Source: a virus (lineage: Duplodnaviria > Heunggongvirae > Uroviricota > Caudoviricetes). From it: DNA of 4,163 nt. The DNA lies in the IMG/VR virus record IMGVR_UViG_2740892423_000018; one strand, given 5' to 3'. Made by a program: the position numbers and the translations under genes. Positions within the stretch are counted from its first letter, which is position 1. Each line of letters opens with the position of its first letter. The notes beneath the pieces were generated by a model. The model ran no database searches, was not told where the DNA came from, and saw only the letters and a program-made list of their open reading frames with translations. Positions 1 to 4,163 of the stretch are shown in pieces.

Positions 1-115
1 TGTGGAACAAGGAGCACTGACTCCATTTGGTCGTGAAACGCTTGCTGAACTTCACAACAGCTTTATAGCTGAACTGAATGAAAACGGCATGCCATCGGAA
101 CCAGTGACGCACTGA
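1..115 (+). CDS. 3' end of an unidentified upstream gene (partial; reading frame of nt 2, stop TGA 113-115)
   Basis: Open frame from the window edge: ...VEQGALTPFGRETLAELHNSFIAELNENGMPSEPVTH*. Its stop codon overlaps the Shine-Dalgarno sequence of the next gene (GAGGA 114-118), an operon-like junction. Not in the ORF track because it is truncated and has no start in the window. No function recognised. Confidence 0.3.
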   Translation, partial: VEQGALTPFGRETLAELHNSFIAELNENGMPSEPVTH

Positions 116-125
116 GGATGGAACC

Positions 126-467
126 ATGATTACTAAAAATTTCCGACTGAATGCGCTGGCGAATAAGTATGCGTCGGCACTGTATAACCACATTACCTCC
201 ACCAGCGGCGGGGACTATTTCATGGTTGATGCGGACGGCCTCGCCGTCCGTGTGGAAATCGTCAATGGAGTAAAAGGCGTTCGCAGCCTGATCGATAGCT
301 ACACACTGGCAGCCATGAAAGTGTTCTACCCGCAGTGGGAAACCGTGGGGATCGAGCTTCTTGATCGTTGCGTCACTAAGGACGGATTGACTGACGTCGG
401 GCGCGAGATATGGCAAAGCATGATTAATGATATGGGCGCGACCGTGGCAGGAGGCAACCATGCGTAA
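126..467 (+). CDS. hypothetical small protein (113 aa), translationally coupled to the downstream primase gene
   Basis: ATG at 126 preceded by GAGGA (114-118) at 7-nt spacing. Protein-like composition with no low-complexity runs. Stop TAA 465-467 overlaps the primase start ATG 460-462 (ATGCGTAA). Same strand as all neighbouring genes. No recognisable motif. Confidence 0.6.
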   Translation: MITKNFRLNALANKYASALYNHITSTSGGDYFMVDADGLAVRVEIVNGVKGVRSLIDSYTLAAMKVFYPQWETVGIELLDRCVTKDGLTDVGREIWQSMINDMGATVAGGNHA

Positions 468-3219
468 TATCGACCTTATCCGCGAAGTGACCAGCGCCGC
501 AGCAGGGCGCTGGCCTTATGTGCTGGCTGGATTGTCTATCGACGTGCCTGATTCATCGCGCCGCCATTCTCCATGCCCTGCATGTGGTGGAAAAGACCGT
601 TTCAGATTCGACGACAACGGGCGCGGTAGCTTTATCTGCAACCAGTGTGGCGCTGGTGACGGGCTGGATTTAATCAAGCGGGTTAACAACTGCGACACTA
701 CGGAGGCGGCACAGCTTGCCGCTGACGTGCTGGGTATTGATTACCGGGCAGCGCAAACCGACCCGGTGGCAGCGAGCCATAGAAGAGAGCAACTGGAAGC
801 TGACCGCCAGCAGCGTGAGCAGGAGCGCCAGAAACAGGCAGCAGAGGACGCAGAGCAGCGAAGGGCTACGTTTGCCCGTCTGTATGCCGGAATGCGCCAG
901 AGTGTCACACAGGGCGAATCTGATTACCTGCAATCAAAAGGGCTGACCGGGTTTAATTACCCGGTTATGTCTGATGGTTCGCTACTCCTGCCGCTGGTGG
1001 ATGAATCCGGCGCAGTAGTGGCGGCGCAGACCATCACGCCGCAGGGAGATAAACGACTCCTGACAGGTTCAGCAAAGCGCGGGGCATATCACGCCGTAAA
1101 CGCGCCAGAATCGCCGCAGAGCGTTTTAATTGCCGAGGGGCTGGCGACGGCCCTTTCAGTTCACCTGATGCGCCCGGACGCGCTGGCAGTGGCAGCAATT
1201 GACGCGGGCAACCTGCTACCCGTTGCCGAAGTGATGCGCCGGAAGTATCCACAGGCACAAATAATCATCGCCGCAGACAACGACCACCACCAAAACGGAG
1301 AAGCCAATACAGGCAGGGAGGCCGCAGAGAAAGCCGCCTTGTCCGTGGCTGGATGGGTGGCACTGCCGCCGACAGACTACAAAGCCGACTGGAACGACCA
1401 CCACCAGCAAAACGGGCTGGAAGTCGCTACGGCTGCGTTTAACGACTCGATGTACCAGATTCAAGGGGAAGCCGTTAAACCACGATTGCAGGCCATTGAG
1501 GGCGGTAAAACTGACCATCCAGAGAAAGACCCACTAAAACCCCACATTGAGAGCCGAAAAGATGGCGTTTTCTGGGTAACGCCGAAGGTGGACAAGGAAA
1601 GCGGGGAGATCATCAACGCTGAAAGCTGGTTATGTTCACCGTTGGAGGTTATCGGCACGGGACGCGACGACAAAGATCAGTATCTTATTATCTCATGGCT
1701 GGCATTCGGTGCAGGCATACGGACAACAGCGGCTATCCCGCTGGCTGATATTGGCGAGCGTGAAGGCTGGCGCACCCTGAAAGCTGGTGGCGTCAACGTC
1801 ACAACGAAAAACAGCCTACGGGCGATTCTTGCCGACTGGTTACAGCGAAGCGGCTCGCGTGAATTGTGGCGCGTTGCTCATGCTACAGGCTGGCAGTGTG
1901 GGGCATACATCATGCCGGACGGGGAAATCATCGGCACACCTCAGCGGCCTGTTTTGTTCAGCGGGCGCAGTTCAGCCGCTGCCGGGTATACCGTAGCAGG
2001 AACGCCTGAAAGCTGGCTTAACAGTGTTGCGCGGCTGGCATACGGCAACTACGCGATGATGACAGGCATCGCCGCAGCACTGGCAGCGCCATTAATCGGG
2101 GTGGCAGATCGTGACGGATTCGGAATTCATTTTTATGAGCAATCGAGCGCCGGGAAAACAACCACGCAGAACGTGGCGAGCAGTCTTTACGGCAACCCTG
2201 ATGCCTTGCGCCTGACGTGGTATGGGACGGCGCTGGGGCTGATAAACGAGGCCGCCGCCCACAATGACGGGCTGATGCCGCTGGATGAAGTCGGACAGGG
2301 CGCAGACCCGATAAGCGTTTCTCAGTCTGCCTATGCCCTGTTTAACGGCGTGGGGAAATTGCAGGGAGCAAAGGAAGGAGGCAACCGGGATCTGAAACGC
2401 TGGCGCACCGTGGCAATCAGCACCGGGGAAATGGATTTAGAAACGTTCATCGCCACCGCAGGACGCAAGACAAAAGCGGGGCAACTGGTGCGACTGCTGA
2501 ATATCCCGCTGAGTAAGGCGGTGCGCTTTCATGAGCACCAGACAGGGAAAGATCACGCCGACGCGCTGAAAGACGCTTACCAGCACCATCATGGCGCTGC
2601 CGGGCGGGAGTGGATTAGATGGCTTTCAGACCACCAGCAGCAGGCGATTGATGCCGTTCGTGAGTGTGAAGCCCGATGGCGAAGTCTAATCCCTGCTGAC
2701 TATGGGGAACAGGTTCACCGTGTAGGGGCGAGGTTCGCCATTCTGGAGGCCGCTTTACTGCTGGGTGGCGTGGTTACTGGCTGGGATGCTCAAACGTGCC
2801 GTGATGCGATACAGCACAGCTACAATGCGTGGTTGCGTGAGTTCGGCACGGGGAACAAAGAGCACCAGCAGATTATTGAGCAGACGGAGGCGTTTTTGAA
2901 TGCCTATGGGCTGAGTAGATTCGCGCCGCTGGGTTATGACCCGCGCGATTTACCCATCCGTGATTTAGCCGGGTACAGGAAGAAGGGGAACCACGACGGC
3001 GACCCGATAATTTTCTACACCTTCCCGGCAACATTTGAGCAGGAGATCGCACGGGGTTTTAATGTCAGGCAGTTTGCCGAAGTTCTCAAGAATGCAGGAA
3101 TGCTAACACCACCAACGAGCGGGCGAGGTTATCAGGGGCGGGTAAGGGAAGGAGGGCGGCAAATTCGCGTTTATGTGCTCAACTTCATGGATGAGGAAAG
3201 CAGCCAGCCAGAAGAATAA
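460..3219 (+). CDS. primase/helicase-like replication initiation protein: N-terminal Cys4 zinc ribbon + TOPRIM (DnaG/P4-alpha-type) primase core + C-terminal P-loop NTPase region
   Basis: Open frame 427-3219. Preferred start is ATG 460 (MRNIDLIREV...) because AGGAGG at 449-454 sits 5 nt upstream; the ATG at 427 has no SD and would overlap the upstream ORF by 41 nt. Zinc ribbon CPAC...CNQC encoded at nt 574-648. TOPRIM glutamate motif IAEGLATA (nt 1129-1152, resembling the EGYATA motif of P4 alpha and plasmid primases) and DxD motif IIAADNDHH (nt 1261-1287). Walker A-like SSAGKTTT (GKT at nt 2152-2160) and Walker B-like LMPLDEV (DE at nt 2284-2289). Stop TAA 3217-3219. Confidence 0.88.
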   Translation: MRNIDLIREVTSAAAGRWPYVLAGLSIDVPDSSRRHSPCPACGGKDRFRFDDNGRGSFICNQCGAGDGLDLIKRVNNCDTTEAAQLAADVLGIDYRAAQTDPVAASHRREQLEADRQQREQERQKQAAEDAEQRRATFARLYAGMRQSVTQGESDYLQSKGLTGFNYPVMSDGSLLLPLVDESGAVVAAQTITPQGDKRLLTGSAKRGAYHAVNAPESPQSVLIAEGLATALSVHLMRPDALAVAAIDAGNLLPVAEVMRRKYPQAQIIIAADNDHHQNGEANTGREAAEKAALSVAGWVALPPTDYKADWNDHHQQNGLEVATAAFNDSMYQIQGEAVKPRLQAIEGGKTDHPEKDPLKPHIESRKDGVFWVTPKVDKESGEIINAESWLCSPLEVIGTGRDDKDQYLIISWLAFGAGIRTTAAIPLADIGEREGWRTLKAGGVNVTTKNSLRAILADWLQRSGSRELWRVAHATGWQCGAYIMPDGEIIGTPQRPVLFSGRSSAAAGYTVAGTPESWLNSVARLAYGNYAMMTGIAAALAAPLIGVADRDGFGIHFYEQSSAGKTTTQNVASSLYGNPDALRLTWYGTALGLINEAAAHNDGLMPLDEVGQGADPISVSQSAYALFNGVGKLQGAKEGGNRDLKRWRTVAISTGEMDLETFIATAGRKTKAGQLVRLLNIPLSKAVRFHEHQTGKDHADALKDAYQHHHGAAGREWIRWLSDHQQQAIDAVRECEARWRSLIPADYGEQVHRVGARFAILEAALLLGGVVTGWDAQTCRDAIQHSYNAWLREFGTGNKEHQQIIEQTEAFLNAYGLSRFAPLGYDPRDLPIRDLAGYRKKGNHDGDPIIFYTFPATFEQEIARGFNVRQFAEVLKNAGMLTPPTSGRGYQGRVREGGRQIRVYVLNFMDEESSQPEE

Positions 3220-3244
3220 TCTTTTTTCACATACGTAGTTTTAG

Positions 3245-3271
3245 TGTTGTCTCTGTTGTCTTTGTTGTCTC
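3245..3271. repeat. left triple-iteron block TGTTGTCTC-TGTTGTCTT-TGTTGTCTC (left arm of a 27-bp inverted repeat)
   Basis: Three head-to-tail 9-mers. Exact reverse complement of 3478-3504. Confidence 0.85.
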
Positions 3272-3316
3272 ATTTTGTAAGTTACATTGATTTATAAGGA
3301 TTTTATTTTAATTTCT
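3272..3316. other. AT-rich tract between iteron groups; candidate DNA unwinding element
   Basis: attttgtaagttacattgatttataaggattttattttaatttct is strongly AT-biased and lies between the left triple block and the direct iterons. A second AT-rich tract (ctatttttgtttatatacaaaaaaat, ~3505-3530) follows the right block. Confidence 0.4.
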
Positions 3317-3410
3317 GAGACAACATTGAGACAACATTTAGCCATTTTGAGACAACAGGGCGAACGTGTGTTTTTAGTCCGGCAGGCAGTGAGACAACAT
3401 TTATGCCGGG

Positions 3411-3442
3411 TGAGACAACACGAAATTGCAAATGTTGTCTCA
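3411..3442. repeat. inverted repeat TGAGACAACA-(12 bp)-TGTTGTCTCA built from two iterons in opposite orientation
   Basis: Arms 3411-3420 and 3433-3442 are perfect reverse complements; spacer cgaaattgcaaa (3421-3432). Confidence 0.8.
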
Positions 3443-3477
3443 GCAAAACCCAGACGTGGCGCGGCCTGTAGAGCCGT

Positions 3478-3504
3478 GAGACAACAAAGACAACAGAGAC
3501 AACA
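3478..3504. repeat. right triple-iteron block GAGACAACA-AAGACAACA-GAGACAACA (right arm of the 27-bp inverted repeat)
   Basis: Exact reverse complement of 3245-3271, including the variant middle unit. Confidence 0.85.
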
Positions 3505-3607
3505 CTATTTTTGTTTATATACAAAAAAATCTGGCGAAGGTGTCCCACAATAAGACGGTGCCGGGCAATCTTCATTAGCAAAACTAATAATTCGAGGTAT
3601 TCGCAAA

Positions 3608-4069
3608 ATGACAGCACAGATATCAGCCTACGGGCGGCTGGTGGCAGATCCCCAGACCAGAACGACAAACAGCGGCGGCAGCATGACAATGGGGCGTTTA
3701 GCGGTGGCACTGCCTTGCCATGCAGCAGAGGGCGGAGAGGTTACTTTCTGGCTGGGCGTGGTGGCATTCGGCAAACAGGCCGACGCACTGGCAGGACACG
3801 TTAAAGGCGATTTAGTCAGTGTTGCCGGAGCGATGCAGGTCAATCAGTGGGCGGGCAAGGATGGCGGTACACAGCAGGGGTATCAGGTAGTAGCCGACAG
3901 CGTGATCAGCGCCAGAACGGTACGCCCCGGCGGGAAGCGGGCCGAGTCAGTCAAAGCAAGTGGAGCCAGCAGGGGCCACGAAACGCAATCCGCGCCGGGA
4001 TGGGAGCTATATAACACCCCTGATGATTTTGACCAGCGCCCACCATTCGACGATGAAACGCCATTCTGA
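3608..4069 (+). CDS. ssb: single-stranded DNA-binding protein (SSB-like OB fold with acidic C-terminal tip)
   Basis: 153 aa. N-terminal region aligns by eye with E. coli SSB: ISAYGRLVADPQTRTTNSGG vs [20 protein letters not shown], and WLGVVAFGKQADALAGHVKGDLVSVAGAMQVNQW vs [35 protein letters not shown]. Gly/Ser/Pro-rich linker, then tail ...DDFDQRPPFDDETPF resembling the SSB tip DDDIPF. GAGG at 3594-3597 lies 10 nt upstream of ATG 3608. Stop TGA 4067-4069. Confidence 0.82.
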   Translation: MTAQISAYGRLVADPQTRTTNSGGSMTMGRLAVALPCHAAEGGEVTFWLGVVAFGKQADALAGHVKGDLVSVAGAMQVNQWAGKDGGTQQGYQVVADSVISARTVRPGGKRAESVKASGASRGHETQSAPGWELYNTPDDFDQRPPFDDETPF

Positions 4070-4080
4070 GGGGGGTGAAC

Positions 4081-4163
4081 ATGGTAAACGACAGCAAAGC
4101 TGAGGATCTGGAAGCAAAAGGGCTGTACCGACGCGCCGCCGCGCGATGGATGGAAGTCATGCT
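4081..4163 (+). CDS. 5' end of a small downstream gene (partial), possibly a PerC-family-like regulator
   Basis: ATG 4081 preceded by GAGGGGGG (4068-4075) at 5-nt spacing, overlapping the ssb stop. Translation MVNDSKAEDLEAKGLYRRAAARWMEVM runs off the window. The RRAAxRW-type N-terminus resembles, from memory only, PerC/Pch-like small regulators of enterobacterial prophages and islands; not verified. Confidence 0.45.
   Translation, partial: MVNDSKAEDLEAKGLYRRAAARWMEVM

Larger units (their letters stand above)
3245..3504. repeat. iteron array, putative origin of replication: 12 copies of the 9-mer GAGACAACA / TGTTGTCTC
   Basis: Copies read directly at 3245-3253, 3254-3262 (TGTTGTCTT variant), 3263-3271, 3317-3325, 3328-3336, 3349-3357, 3391-3399, 3412-3420, 3433-3441 (inverted), 3478-3486, 3487-3495 (AAGACAACA variant), 3496-3504. 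Lies immediately 3' of the primase/helicase gene in an AT-rich non-coding stretch. Confidence 0.75.

Noticed and set aside
63-461. 132-aa ORF on the minus strand
   Set aside because: Entirely antisense to the + strand ORF 126-467, which has a proper SD and is translationally coupled to the primase. No SD-like sequence precedes its start and its His/Cys/Arg-rich composition looks like typical antisense translation.
516-1996. Six short ORFs of 60-100 aa on both strands (516-698, 670-933, 716-946, 1034-1258, 1216-1518, 1461-1673, 1787-1996)
   Set aside because: All lie inside the 2.8-kb primase reading frame, whose conserved motifs establish the real frame. These are out-of-frame or antisense artefacts of GC-rich coding sequence.
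3220-3240. Rho-independent terminator after the primase stop (T-run at 3221-3226)
   Set aside because: No convincing GC-rich stem-loop precedes the T-run, so a terminator call is not supported.
3245-3504. Possible CRISPR array
   Set aside because: Repeat unit is only 9-10 bp, spacing is irregular (0 to ~45 bp) and orientation is mixed, whereas CRISPR arrays have 24-48-bp repeats with uniform unique spacers. The position after a replication gene fits iterons.
3275-3521. Sigma70 promoter candidates (TTGTAA/TATAAG near 3275-3298; GAGACA/TATATA near 3496-3521)
   Set aside because: Spacers between the -35-like and -10-like hexamers are 12-14 bp, outside the functional 16-19-bp range. A promoter for ssb probably exists in this region but cannot be placed from sequence alone.
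3541-3549. DnaA-box-like sequence TGTCCCACA
   Set aside because: Matches only 6 of 9 positions of the TTATCCACA consensus and is a single copy; insufficient to call a DnaA box.
3287-3710. ORFs 3287-3553 (+, 88 aa) and 3303-3710 (-, 135 aa) spanning the iteron region
   Set aside because: Their translations are dominated by the repeated iteron (recurring RQH/VRQ or VVS/LRQ strings), they have no SD, and the minus ORF runs into the ssb start. Open frames here are a by-product of repeat periodicity.
3511-3843. ORFs 3511-3804 (+, 97 aa) and 3628-3843 (-, 71 aa)
   Set aside because: Overlap the SSB-like gene out of frame or antisense, with Arg/Gly- or Pro/Ala-rich artefact composition. The SSB frame is supported by OB-fold similarity and the C-terminal tip.
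3951-4160. 69-aa ORF on the minus strand
   Set aside because: Antisense to the ssb 3' end and to the downstream gene start, both of which have good SD sequences on the + strand.

Overview
The window reads as the replication module of a mobile genetic element (P4-satellite-like, PICI-like or integrative island), with every supported gene on the + strand and tightly packed. From 5' to 3': the 3' end of an unidentified gene (to 115); a 113-aa hypothetical ORF (126-467) whose stop overlaps the start of the next gene; a large multidomain primase/helicase-like replication protein (460-3219) with a Cys4 zinc ribbon, a TOPRIM primase core and a P-loop NTPase region; a ~390-bp AT-rich non-coding region (3220-3607) carrying twelve copies of a 9-bp iteron, which I interpret as the origin of replication; an SSB-like OB-fold protein with a host-type acidic C-terminal tip (3608-4069); and the first 27 codons of a small downstream gene (4081-). 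No CRISPR array, tRNA, rRNA, transposase or recognisable defence system is visible in this window. The most distinctive feature is the structured iteron array, whose motif I do not recognise from a characterised origin. All calls rest on motif reading and recalled family knowledge; no database search was possible.
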